Source: Arcobacteraceae bacterium
GTDB lineage: Bacteria > Campylobacterota > Campylobacteria > Campylobacterales > Arcobacteraceae
Assembly (NCBI GenBank): GCA_048268245.1
Contig: JBLWVX010000018.1
Location: 30,362 to 52,097 of the forward strand
Direction of reading: 5' to 3'
DNA length: 21,736 nt
Below, one piece after another: positions 7,495-16,934 of the stretch. Position 1 is the first letter of the stretch; every line of letters begins with the position of its first letter. A program made the translations under genes and the position numbers. The notes under the pieces are model-generated. The model searched no databases, was not told the DNA's origin, and saw only the letters and a list, made by a program, of their open reading frames with translations.

Positions 7495-8664
7495 ATGAAA
7501 ATTGCAAAGAGAATGGAGAATCTGTCTCCATCGGTTACTATGGCAATTACTGCCTTAGGAAGAGAGCTTAAAGCTCAAGGTAAAGATATATTAAGTTTTA
7601 GTGCAGGTGAGCCTGACTTCAATACACCTGATGTTATTAAACAATCAGCTATTAAAGCTATCGAAGATGGTCACACTAAATATACTGCAGTAGAAGGAAT
7701 TACCGAAACCAAACAAGCAATTATCAATAAACTTAACAGAGATCATGGTTTAGAGTATTCATTAGAACACATTGTTGTTAGTAATGGAGCTAAACACTCT
7801 TTATTTAACCTTTTCCAATTACTAATTGAAGAAGGTGATGAAGTAATTATTCCTGCTCCTTATTGGGTTACATACCCTGAGCAAGTAAAATACTCTGATG
7901 GTGTTCCAGTATTTATTGAAACAGATGATACAACTTCATTTAAAGTAACAGCCGAGCAAGTAAAAGCAGCTATTACTGATAAAACTAGAGTATTATTATT
8001 AAACTCACCATCAAACCCTACAGGTGCTGTATACACTAAAGAAGAGTTATTAGCAATTGGTGAAGTTTTAAAAGGTACTGATATTTTAGTATTCTCTGAT
8101 GAGATGTATGAAAAAATCATGTACAATGGTGAAGAATTCACAGCAGCAGCAAGCGTTAGTGATGATATGTTTGAAAGAACTGTAACTATTAATGGTTTAA
8201 GTAAATCAGTTGCTATGACTGGTTGGAGATTTGGATATATCGCAACTCCAAAAACTGAACTTGTAAAAGCTATGATTAAACTTCAAGGTCAAGTTACATC
8301 AAATGTAAACTCTATTACTCAATATGCTGCAATTACAGCACTTGAAGGTCATGCAGATGCTGATATCGAAATGATGAGAAAAGCCTTTGAAGAAAGAAAA
8401 GATATTGCTGTAAAATCTTTCAATGATATTGAAGGAATTTCTTGTATTGAACCACAAGGAGCATTTTACTTATTTGTAAATATCAAAGAAATTACAGATA
8501 ATTCTATGAAATTTTGTGAGCAACTTTTAGAAGACAAAGGTGTTGCTGTTGTTCCTGGACTTGCATTTGGTACAGAAGGGTATTTTAGATTCTCTTTTGC
8601 AACTGACTTAGTAAGTATTCAAGAGGGAATTAGAAGAATCAAAGATTTTGTAGAAAATAAATAA
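7495..8664 (+). CDS. aspC: Class I PLP-dependent aminotransferase (probable aspartate aminotransferase)
   Basis: GEPDF, GAKHSL, NSPSNPTG, SDEMY and GLSKSVAMTGWRFGY with the PLP lysine. Confidence 0.9.
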   Translation: MKIAKRMENLSPSVTMAITALGRELKAQGKDILSFSAGEPDFNTPDVIKQSAIKAIEDGHTKYTAVEGITETKQAIINKLNRDHGLEYSLEHIVVSNGAKHSLFNLFQLLIEEGDEVIIPAPYWVTYPEQVKYSDGVPVFIETDDTTSFKVTAEQVKAAITDKTRVLLLNSPSNPTGAVYTKEELLAIGEVLKGTDILVFSDEMYEKIMYNGEEFTAAASVSDDMFERTVTINGLSKSVAMTGWRFGYIATPKTELVKAMIKLQGQVTSNVNSITQYAAITALEGHADADIEMMRKAFEERKDIAVKSFNDIEGISCIEPQGAFYLFVNIKEITDNSMKFCEQLLEDKGVAVVPGLAFGTEGYFRFSFATDLVSIQEGIRRIKDFVENK

Positions 8665-8668
8665 TATT

Positions 8669-9550
8669 ATGACTTTACAAAAAAAAGCAACAGTAGTTTC
8701 AACTTCTGTTGCGGCACTTCTTACACTTATGAAACTTGTAATAGGTATTGCAAGTGGATCTGTAGCAGTTCTTGCTTCTGCTGTTGACTCTGTACTTGAT
8801 ATGTTCGTATCAATTTTCAACTATTTTGCTATTTCAAACTCTGAAAAACCAGCTGATAAAACTTTTAACTATGGAAGAGGAAAAGTTGAAGCCCTAGCTT
8901 CTGTAATAGAAGGTACTATTATTACAATATCAGGTCTTTTCTTACTTTATCAAGCAGGAAGAAAAGCTATTGATGGTTCTGTATCACAATATATGGACAT
9001 ATCTATAGTTGTGATGATTTTATCAATGTTTATTACAATTTTCTTAGTAATGTTTTTAAATAAAATTGCTAAAAAAACAAACTCTATGGTAATCAAAGCA
9101 GATGCCTTACACTATAAAACAGATGTATACTCAAATGCAGCTGTATTAATATCACTTTTATTAATAAGCTTTACAGGATATGAAATAATTGATGTTATTG
9201 TAGGTGGAGCTATTGCTTTATTTATTATTTACTCTGCTTATGAGCTTATTCATGATGGAGTTTTAGTTTTACTTGATAGAGCTGTTGATGATGAAATTGT
9301 TTTAGGAATTGAAAAAGTTATCAGAAACAATGATAGAGTAAATACTTATCACTTACTAAAAACAAGAGAAGCAGGACATCAAACATTTGTAGAAGTACAC
9401 CTTGTTTTTGATTGTATTATTACTCTTATGGATGCTCACAGAGCAAGTGATGATATCGAAAGAAGAATAAAAAACCTTGATGAAAAAAGAGATTGGGTTA
9501 TAAATATTCATATGGATCCATATGATGACTTCACAATGGATGAGAAATAA
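8669..9550 (+). CDS. Cation diffusion facilitator transporter (FieF-like)
   Basis: SAVDSVLD, NYGRGKVEAL, ADALHYKTD and C-terminal IHMDP. Confidence 0.92.
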   Translation: MTLQKKATVVSTSVAALLTLMKLVIGIASGSVAVLASAVDSVLDMFVSIFNYFAISNSEKPADKTFNYGRGKVEALASVIEGTIITISGLFLLYQAGRKAIDGSVSQYMDISIVVMILSMFITIFLVMFLNKIAKKTNSMVIKADALHYKTDVYSNAAVLISLLLISFTGYEIIDVIVGGAIALFIIYSAYELIHDGVLVLLDRAVDDEIVLGIEKVIRNNDRVNTYHLLKTREAGHQTFVEVHLVFDCIITLMDAHRASDDIERRIKNLDEKRDWVINIHMDPYDDFTMDEK

Positions 9551-9551
9551 A

Positions 9552-9989
9552 ATGAAACTTGTATTTAGTATTTTTTTGATACTTTTTACAAATACCCTAC
9601 TTTCAAATGAAATAAACTTTCAAACTGCAAAACTATATAAAGATGACATAAGTGCCCAACAAGCATATAACATGCAACAAGACGGTGCTTTATTAATTGA
9701 TGTTAGAACAAAAAGAGAATTCAATACCCTAAGAGCAAAAAACTCAACTAATATTCCTATATTTTATGAAAAAAATAAGCAAAGGGTTTTTAATAAAAAC
9801 TTTCCAAAAGAAATCTATTTATTTGCAAATAAAGATATAAACAAAAAAATAATCCTTATCTGTAGAAGTGGTTCAAGAACAAAACTAGCCTCAAATCTAC
9901 TAGCTTATCAAGGCTTCAAAAATATTTACAATGTGAAATATGGCTTTGATTTTGACTGGATTAAACAAAAACTTCCAACTGAAAAATAA
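9552..9989 (+). CDS. Exported single-domain rhodanese (sulfurtransferase); start moved to ATG 9552
   Basis: Signal-peptide-like MKLVFSIFLILFTNTLLS, LIDVRT, active loop ICRSGSRT. This start lies 1 bp after the upstream stop. Confidence 0.85.
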   Translation: MKLVFSIFLILFTNTLLSNEINFQTAKLYKDDISAQQAYNMQQDGALLIDVRTKREFNTLRAKNSTNIPIFYEKNKQRVFNKNFPKEIYLFANKDINKKIILICRSGSRTKLASNLLAYQGFKNIYNVKYGFDFDWIKQKLPTEK

Positions 9990-10000
9990 AAGGAAATACT

Positions 10001-12346
10001 ATGAATTTTATAAAGGTTCTTGGAGCTAGTGGTAGCCGAACAAAAGATAAGGGAACTACTTGTTTTCAAATATATAAAGATATTTTAATTGATGCTGGAA
10101 ATATTATAAGTGCTTTAGGTGAAGAAGCACAAAATATAAATCATATTTTTCTAACACACTCTCATAGTGACCATATAATAGATTTACCTTTTGTAGTTGA
10201 AAGTTTTTTTGAAAAAAGAGATAGACCTTTGACTATATATGGTTCAAAGCAAACATTAGATGCTATAAAAGCACATACTTTTAACAATCATATTTGGCCA
10301 GACTTTTCAAAAATAAATCTGATAAACTCTGATGAAAAAGCAATAGTATATAAACAAATAGATGAAGAAGAAACAATAAGTATTAATGATTATAATATAA
10401 CTGCTATAAAGGCTTTACATACACAAGGGTCATATGGATATGAAGTTATAAAAAATGATGAATTCGGTTATATCGTAAGTGGAGACACTACTTATAATGA
10501 AGAACTAATTCAAAGAATAAATAAAAATACAAAAATAAAATCTTTAATTTTAGAGTGTTCTTTTCCTAATAGAATGAGTAAATTGACAAAAGAGTCTTAT
10601 CATCTAAATGTAGAAATGATAGAAAAAATGCTTAAAAAAAACACAAGAGATGATTTACAAGTTTTTCTTTATCATTTAAAACCTATATATTTTGAAGAAA
10701 TAAAAAAAGAAATTAGTGTATCAAATATATTTAAAAATGGTGGGAAAATATTAGAGGATGAAGATACTATACATATCCAAACATCCCATGTAAAATCAAA
10801 TAGTATAAACCATCAAAAATTTGAAAAAATAATGGAAATAAATTTAGAGCTTTCAAGCCAGCTTAATAAAAACAAACTTTTTGAAATGATTTTAAGCTTA
10901 ACAAGAGAGCTTACGGGAAGTGAAGCTGGAACACTATACTTACTTTCAGAAGATAAAAAACATTTAGATTTTGCAGTAGTTCAAAATAAGCTTCTTAAAA
11001 TTGAGTTGGGTGGAACAAAAAATAAAATAGAATGGCCAAACTTACCACTTTATATAAATAAAAATGAAAACTTAAATATGGTTGCAACAACATGTGCATT
11101 GAAAAATGAAATAATCAATATTGAAGATGTTTATGATGAAGAATTATATGATTTTTCAGGAACAAAAGAATTTGATAAAAATACAGGTTATAACTCAAAA
11201 TCTATGCTTGTAATTCCATTACAAAACCATGAAAAAGATGTAGTTGGAGTACTTCAACTAATCAATAAAAAAGATGAAGAAAACAATTCTATAGCTTTTG
11301 ATAAAGAAGACGAAAAGATTTTAACTGCACTAGCCTCACAAGCAGCAATGGCTCTTACAAATACTTTACTTATTAACAGTCTAGAAGAATTTATAAACAG
11401 CTTTGTAGAGACTATTGGTCATGCAATTGATGCTAAATCACCACATACCTTACATCATATAGAAAATGTTGAAAAAATTGCACTTCTTTTAGCAAATGCA
11501 ATAAATGATGATCAAACAATTTATAAAAATGTGACATATTCAAAAAACGACTTCCGACAAATAAAACTTGCAGCTTGGCTACATGATATTGGTAAAATTT
11601 CAATGCCAGAATCAATAATAGAAAAAGCAACTAAACTTTATGCTATTACAGATAGAATTGAAGCAATCAAGGAAAGGTTTGAGATTTTAAAAAGAGATAT
11701 AGAAATTTCTTATTTAAAAAATGAAATCCCAAAAAAAGAGTTTGAAGAAAAATATGTTTCAATAGAAGAAGACTTAAAGTTTTTAGAAAAAACAAATATC
11801 GGTGGTGAGTTTTTAGATGATGAAAGTATTGAACGTTTAAATGAGATTGCAAAGCTTACTTACATAAAAGATGGTAAACAAATACCTTTATTATCAGAAG
11901 ATGAAATAAAACATTTATCTATAAGAAAAGGTACATTAACAAGTGAAGAAAAAGACATAATGAATAGTCACGCAAGATTATCTCTTGAAATGCTATCAAA
12001 ACTACCTTTCCCTAAAAAATACAATAAAGTATTAGATATTGCAGTAAATCATCATGAGAAATTAAATGGTAAAGGTTATCCTAGAGGTCTAAAAGATGAA
12101 GACTTAACTTTAGAAGATAGAATTATGATACTTGCAGATATTTTTGAAGCTCTAACTTCAAGTGATAGACCATACAAAGACGGAAAGAAATTATCAGAAG
12201 TATTTAAAATCTTATCATTTATGGCAAAAGACTACGAAATAGACCCAGATCTTCTTAGGTTTTTCCATGAACATCAAATATTAAAAGATTATTCTAAAGA
12301 CAATCTAAAAACATACCAAACAGATAATAGTGAGTTAATTTATTAA
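10001..12346 (+). CDS. MBL-fold (class II cNMP PDE-like) + GAF + HD-GYP phosphodiesterase
   Basis: THSHSDH, SGDT, ECSFPN and YHLKP in the N-terminal domain. GAF motifs FDKNTGY and GVLQLINK. WLHDIGK, HHEKLNGKGYP and DRPYK. Confidence 0.9.
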   Translation: MNFIKVLGASGSRTKDKGTTCFQIYKDILIDAGNIISALGEEAQNINHIFLTHSHSDHIIDLPFVVESFFEKRDRPLTIYGSKQTLDAIKAHTFNNHIWPDFSKINLINSDEKAIVYKQIDEEETISINDYNITAIKALHTQGSYGYEVIKNDEFGYIVSGDTTYNEELIQRINKNTKIKSLILECSFPNRMSKLTKESYHLNVEMIEKMLKKNTRDDLQVFLYHLKPIYFEEIKKEISVSNIFKNGGKILEDEDTIHIQTSHVKSNSINHQKFEKIMEINLELSSQLNKNKLFEMILSLTRELTGSEAGTLYLLSEDKKHLDFAVVQNKLLKIELGGTKNKIEWPNLPLYINKNENLNMVATTCALKNEIINIEDVYDEELYDFSGTKEFDKNTGYNSKSMLVIPLQNHEKDVVGVLQLINKKDEENNSIAFDKEDEKILTALASQAAMALTNTLLINSLEEFINSFVETIGHAIDAKSPHTLHHIENVEKIALLLANAINDDQTIYKNVTYSKNDFRQIKLAAWLHDIGKISMPESIIEKATKLYAITDRIEAIKERFEILKRDIEISYLKNEIPKKEFEEKYVSIEEDLKFLEKTNIGGEFLDDESIERLNEIAKLTYIKDGKQIPLLSEDEIKHLSIRKGTLTSEEKDIMNSHARLSLEMLSKLPFPKKYNKVLDIAVNHHEKLNGKGYPRGLKDEDLTLEDRIMILADIFEALTSSDRPYKDGKKLSEVFKILSFMAKDYEIDPDLLRFFHEHQILKDYSKDNLKTYQTDNSELIY

Positions 12347-12410
12347 AATCAGTAACTAAGCCATTTTTTGTTAATATATCCTTTATTACTAAAGGATTTT
12401 TAATAAATAC

Positions 12411-14360
12411 ATGGCACTAATAGACTTACAAAACATAAACAAACAATACGATATTAAAACAATTTTAAAAGATGCAAACTTTACTTTAACTCAAGGTCAA
12501 AGAATTGCTGTTATTGGTCAAAATGGACAAGGAAAATCTACACTTTTTAAAATCATTATGAATCAAGTAGAACCTGATAGCGGAATAATTTCAATAGATA
12601 AATCTTTAAAGATTGAAATGCTTGATCAACAACCAAAATTTAAATCTGGTATAAATGTAAGACAAGCTATTGAAGAACAATTAACAGAAATCAAAGAAGC
12701 TAAAAAAGAGTATGAAGACATAACTTTAAAAGTTGCTACTGATTATGAAAATCAAGAGCTTCTAAAAAGACAAAGTCAACTTGCAACATTTATTGATTTT
12801 CACAATGCATGGGATTTAGACAATACTATTGAAAGAGTATTAAAAGAGTTTCAACTAAAACAGTATGAGTTCAAAGATGTAAACCTTTTAAGTGGTGGAG
12901 AGCAAAGAAGAGTTAGTCTTGCTGGACTTTTACTTAAAAAGCCTGATGTACTTTTACTAGATGAGCCTACCAACCACCTTGATGTATACATGGTAGAGTT
13001 TTTAGAGAGTTTACTTCTAAAAAACAACTTTACTTTACTTTTTATCTCACACGATAGATATTTTATAGATAATATTGCCACATCAATCGTAGAAGTTGAA
13101 GGTGGAACTCTAAAAAGATTTAATGGTGGATATTCTTCATACTTAGAGCAAAAACAACAAATGCTTGAAAACCTACAAAAAGACCATGAAAATCTTATTA
13201 GATTAGTAAAAAGAGAAGCTCACTGGATGCAAAGGGGAGTTACTGCTAGAAGAAAAAGAAATGAAAGAAGAAAAGCAGAATACTTTGATTTAAAGAAAAA
13301 AGCTAAGTCAAACCCAGCAGCAATTAGAAAGATGAGCTTAGAACTACAAAGAGAACAAAAAGCATTTAATAGTGAAGAGAAACAGCAAAATAAAAAGAAA
13401 ATGCTTTATGAATTAGATGATATTTGCAAGAAACTTGGAGACAAAGAGCTTATAAGAGACTTTACAACTAGAATTTTACAAAAAGATACTATTGCTATTG
13501 TAGGTCCAAATGGAAGTGGAAAATCAACTCTACTTAAAATCTTTATGGAGAAAATGCTTGTTGATAGTGGTAAATTCAAAAAAGGTGACTTTAACATAGG
13601 ATACTTTGACCAACAAAGAGAAATGCTTGATGATAATAAAAATCTAATGGAAACATTCTGTCCAAATGGTGGAGATAGAGTAGTTCTTAATGATGGAAGA
13701 AATTTACATGTTTATGGTTATTTAAAAAACTTTTTATTCCCAAGAGAATACTTAGACAAAAAGATTGGTGTTTTAAGTGGTGGAGAGAAAAACAGAGTTG
13801 CCCTAGCCTTACTTTTTACAAAAGATGTAGATTGTTTAATCTTAGATGAGCCTACAAATGATTTAGATATTCCAACTATCAATATTTTGGAAGAGTATTT
13901 ACAAAACTTCCAAGGAGCACTTATTTTTGTATCTCATGATAGATATTTTGTAGATAAGATAGCAAAAAAATTATTTGTATTTAAAGGTAATGCACAAGTT
14001 GAAGAAAGCTTCCAGCCATATACTGAATACTTAGAAATAGAAAAAGAAATTAGAGATTTAGAAGAGCTTGAAAAAAATACAGCAAAACAAGAAACAGTAG
14101 CAAAACCTAAAAATTCACAGAAAAAACAAACAAAACTTTCATATAAAGACCAAAGAGATTATGATAGTTTACCCCAAGAAATAGAAGCACTTGAAGAAAA
14201 AATTGAAGAGATAAACAACTGCCTTGCAGACCCTAAATGTTATGAACAAAAAGGAATAGTAGCAGTATCAAAAGAGCTTGAAGAAACAGAAGCTATTTAT
14301 GAACAAAAAGTTGAAAGATATTTAGAGCTTGAAGAGTTGATTGAAAGCTTTAATTCATAA
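12411..14360 (+). CDS. uup: ABC-F family ATPase, Uup-like
   Basis: Two ABC domains (GQNGQGKST and GPNGSGKST; LSGGE and LDEPTN twice), no transmembrane domain, and a KLSYKDQR coiled-coil C-terminal domain. Confidence 0.85.
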   Translation: MALIDLQNINKQYDIKTILKDANFTLTQGQRIAVIGQNGQGKSTLFKIIMNQVEPDSGIISIDKSLKIEMLDQQPKFKSGINVRQAIEEQLTEIKEAKKEYEDITLKVATDYENQELLKRQSQLATFIDFHNAWDLDNTIERVLKEFQLKQYEFKDVNLLSGGEQRRVSLAGLLLKKPDVLLLDEPTNHLDVYMVEFLESLLLKNNFTLLFISHDRYFIDNIATSIVEVEGGTLKRFNGGYSSYLEQKQQMLENLQKDHENLIRLVKREAHWMQRGVTARRKRNERRKAEYFDLKKKAKSNPAAIRKMSLELQREQKAFNSEEKQQNKKKMLYELDDICKKLGDKELIRDFTTRILQKDTIAIVGPNGSGKSTLLKIFMEKMLVDSGKFKKGDFNIGYFDQQREMLDDNKNLMETFCPNGGDRVVLNDGRNLHVYGYLKNFLFPREYLDKKIGVLSGGEKNRVALALLFTKDVDCLILDEPTNDLDIPTINILEEYLQNFQGALIFVSHDRYFVDKIAKKLFVFKGNAQVEESFQPYTEYLEIEKEIRDLEELEKNTAKQETVAKPKNSQKKQTKLSYKDQRDYDSLPQEIEALEEKIEEINNCLADPKCYEQKGIVAVSKELEETEAIYEQKVERYLELEELIESFNS

Positions 14361-14408
14361 AAAGATATAATTATTAAAATTTTGATTATTGAAAAATAAA
14401 GGAATGTA

Positions 14409-14852
14409 ATGAGTTTAAAACAGCAACTTAAAGATGACGTAAAAACTGCAATGAGAGAAAAAAATGTTGTAAAAAGAGACTCTATTAGAGCTATTAATAC
14501 AATGATTAAACAAATTGAAGTTGATGAAAGAAAAGAATTAACTGATGAAGATATAATCAAATTAATTCAAAAAGGTATCAAACAAAGACAAGAAGCTGTA
14601 ACTCAATATAAAGATGCTTCAAGGGATGATTTAGCAGAAAAAGAGCAAGAACAAATTGATATTTTTAGTGAATATTTACCTAAACAACTAAGTGATGAAG
14701 AACTTGAAAATGGTCTAAAAGAGATTATTGAGCAAGTAAGTGCTACATCAATGAAAGATATTGGTAAAATCATGGGACAAGCAACAAAGAAATTTGCAGG
14801 TGTTGCAGATGGAAAAAGAATAAACGAAACTACAAAAAAACTTTTATCATAG
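14409..14852 (+). CDS. GatB/YqeY domain protein
   Basis: LKDDVKTAM, YLPKQLS, MKDIGKIMG and ADGK. Confidence 0.93.
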   Translation: MSLKQQLKDDVKTAMREKNVVKRDSIRAINTMIKQIEVDERKELTDEDIIKLIQKGIKQRQEAVTQYKDASRDDLAEKEQEQIDIFSEYLPKQLSDEELENGLKEIIEQVSATSMKDIGKIMGQATKKFAGVADGKRINETTKKLLS

Positions 14853-14870
14853 ATTTAAATAAGGCCAAAA

Positions 14871-15995
14871 ATGGAAATAAATGACTTTTTAGATGATTTA
14901 ACACAAAGAGAACAAAGTGAAGTTAAATTAAATCATATAGATACATTTCCCAAACTAGTATCACTTTTACTAAAAAGAGTATCAAAAGAAAATGTTGCAC
15001 CATTAGCAACTTTATTAAAACAGTCTGTTTTACCATCTATTTGTATTGAAATAGATGATGAAATAGAACATCTTTTTATAAAAATAGATGCTAATCCTAG
15101 AATTCTATTCGAAAAAGAAATACAAGAAAAAATTGAAGACTTTATCTTTAAAAGATTTGAAGCTGACAAGAAACTTGTAGTTGAAAAAACTTCTGATATA
15201 TCTCAAGTAATTACTCTTATGGAACAATACTTAAATGATGCTATTTCAAGTAGTGGTAACGGTTCTAAAAATGTACTAACAATCAAAGAAAAGATTGAAG
15301 CCATTGATCTTTCAAAAAATGGTATTGCAGAACTAGGCGACCTTCAAAAACAATTAGTAAGTGCAGCTTCATCTATTGAAAATGAAATGAATACAGTAAG
15401 TACTAAACTTAAAACAGGAAAATCAAAAGTTGAAGAACTTGAAGATAAAGTAAAAACTTTAGAAGAAGAGTTAAAAAAATCTAGAAATGAAAGTATGAAA
15501 GACCACCTAACAGGTCTTCTTACAAGACGAGCTTATGAAGAAGAAGTAAAAAGAATTGATAGCAATTATAAACGCAGTGGAAGTGAATATGCAGTTGTAT
15601 TCTTTGATATAGATCATTTCAAAAAAATCAATGATACTTATGGTCATGACTGTGGAGATGTTATTTTAAAAACATTTGCAAAAATTTTAGAAAAAGCTAC
15701 AAGAGATCATGATATTGTATCAAGATATGGTGGAGAAGAGTTTGTAGCTTTAGTACATTTCAATCTAACGAGAGAACTTCTTCAATACCTAAAAAGAGTA
15801 AAACAAATAGTAACTTCAAATAACTTTGTATATAAAGAACATAAAATCAAAGTTACATTCTCAGCAGGAGTTACTTTTAGAAGTAGCTATTCTTGCTATG
15901 AAAATGCTATACAAAAAGCAGATATGCTACTTTATCAAGCAAAAGAAAATGGTAGAAATCAAATAAAATTAGAAGATGGTAGGACTATAAAGTAG
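14871..15995 (+). CDS. Diguanylate cyclase (coiled coil + GGDEF)
   Basis: DHLTGL, DIDHFKKINDTYGH and RYGGEEF. I-site RxxD (RDHD) lies five residues upstream of GGEEF. Confidence 0.93.
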   Translation: MEINDFLDDLTQREQSEVKLNHIDTFPKLVSLLLKRVSKENVAPLATLLKQSVLPSICIEIDDEIEHLFIKIDANPRILFEKEIQEKIEDFIFKRFEADKKLVVEKTSDISQVITLMEQYLNDAISSSGNGSKNVLTIKEKIEAIDLSKNGIAELGDLQKQLVSAASSIENEMNTVSTKLKTGKSKVEELEDKVKTLEEELKKSRNESMKDHLTGLLTRRAYEEEVKRIDSNYKRSGSEYAVVFFDIDHFKKINDTYGHDCGDVILKTFAKILEKATRDHDIVSRYGGEEFVALVHFNLTRELLQYLKRVKQIVTSNNFVYKEHKIKVTFSAGVTFRSSYSCYENAIQKADMLLYQAKENGRNQIKLEDGRTIK

Positions 15996-16039
15996 TAAAT
16001 ATTATTTTTTATAGTTACTGTAAAAGTGATAAAATAACT

Positions 16040-16069
16040 AAAAGCTTAAGTTTTAGAACTTAAGCTTTT
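16040..16069. terminator. Bidirectional intrinsic terminator
   Basis: Perfect 13-bp inverted repeat AAAAGCTTAAGTT-TTAG-AACTTAAGCTTTT between convergent genes. Confidence 0.88.
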
Positions 16070-16096
16070 GTTTAATAAGTTCTCAACACTTATTTA

Positions 16097-16507
16097 TTAG
16101 TTCATTGAGTAACCAATGTTAGAATGGTTCTTAATTAAATCGTAGTAAGTTTTATCTCTTAAAGTTTTAACTTTATTTCTTAATGTAAATCTTGTCATGT
16201 TTTTACCTTTCCAAGCTACATTGTGAATTGTTTCAATAGGAACAATTTCACCTCTATTTTCTAATAATAAAGAGAATAAAGCCTCTTCTATTCTTGTAAG
16301 TTTAACTTCATCGTTAAAACTATTGAATAGTTTTGAATTAGCTTTATTATAGTAAAAACCATTATCTAATTGAACAATACTATTAATATCTTTATCAATT
16401 AATTTACTTACATATTCATCTAAAGAGACATCTAACTTTTGAATTTTACTTTTTAACTTTTCATTATTTTCATCTGTGACAGAGATGCTGATGTTTAAAT
16501 TTTCCAT
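16097..16507 (-). CDS. OmpR-type winged-helix protein without a receiver domain; N-terminus ribbon-helix-helix-like
   Basis: C-terminal KLTRIEEALFSLLLENRGEIV...W...LRNKVKTLRDK...IGY. N-terminal NISISVTDE...SLDEYVSKLI. RBS AAGGA. Confidence 0.75.
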   Translation of the reverse strand: MENLNISISVTDENNEKLKSKIQKLDVSLDEYVSKLIDKDINSIVQLDNGFYYNKANSKLFNSFNDEVKLTRIEEALFSLLLENRGEIVPIETIHNVAWKGKNMTRFTLRNKVKTLRDKTYYDLIKNHSNIGYSMN

Positions 16508-16883
16508 ACATTATCCTTTATCTTTATTTTTTCTAAAATTATAATAACATTTTTCTGTGTAATAACTATGTATAAAGCATTATATATTAATAAAGAAATA
16601 AATATATGATATTTTTTAAATAATATAAACCTAATTTAGGTCATTTTACTAATTAAACTATGCAAAAAAACATACAATTTCCAAGAAAAATGTTAAAAAA
16701 CTAGCATAAAATAACACAAAAATTTATCATTTAAGTATTTTGTAACTTATTGACACATTTGTAGCATTTTTAGCTATTTTGAAAGAAGTATAGCTATTTT
16801 TGCTATAAAACACACTAAAAAAAACGTGATTTTCCTGTTTTTTTCTTAATTTTATAAAAAAATTGTTCTTTTATTATATATAG

Positions 16884-16927
16884 TAAAAAAAATTACATAT
16901 AGCCATAATTCTATTATATGGCTACAT
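16884..16927 (-). terminator. Probable terminator of the ectoine operon
   Basis: TAGCCATA/TATGGCTA stem (16900-16907/16917-16924) just after the aspartokinase stop, with a T-rich tail on the minus strand. Confidence 0.65.
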
Positions 16928-16934
16928 TTTTTTG

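Noticed and set aside
7008..15169. Short antisense ORFs at 7008, 7860, 8608, 11433, 11667, 12851, 13406, 14297 and 14933
   Set aside because: They overlap well-supported genes on the opposite strand and have the typical antisense Ser/Ile/Phe-rich composition.
16750..16780. Perfect TTGACA as a plus-strand promoter
   Set aside because: No credible -10 box at 16-18 bp spacing and no plus-strand gene downstream.
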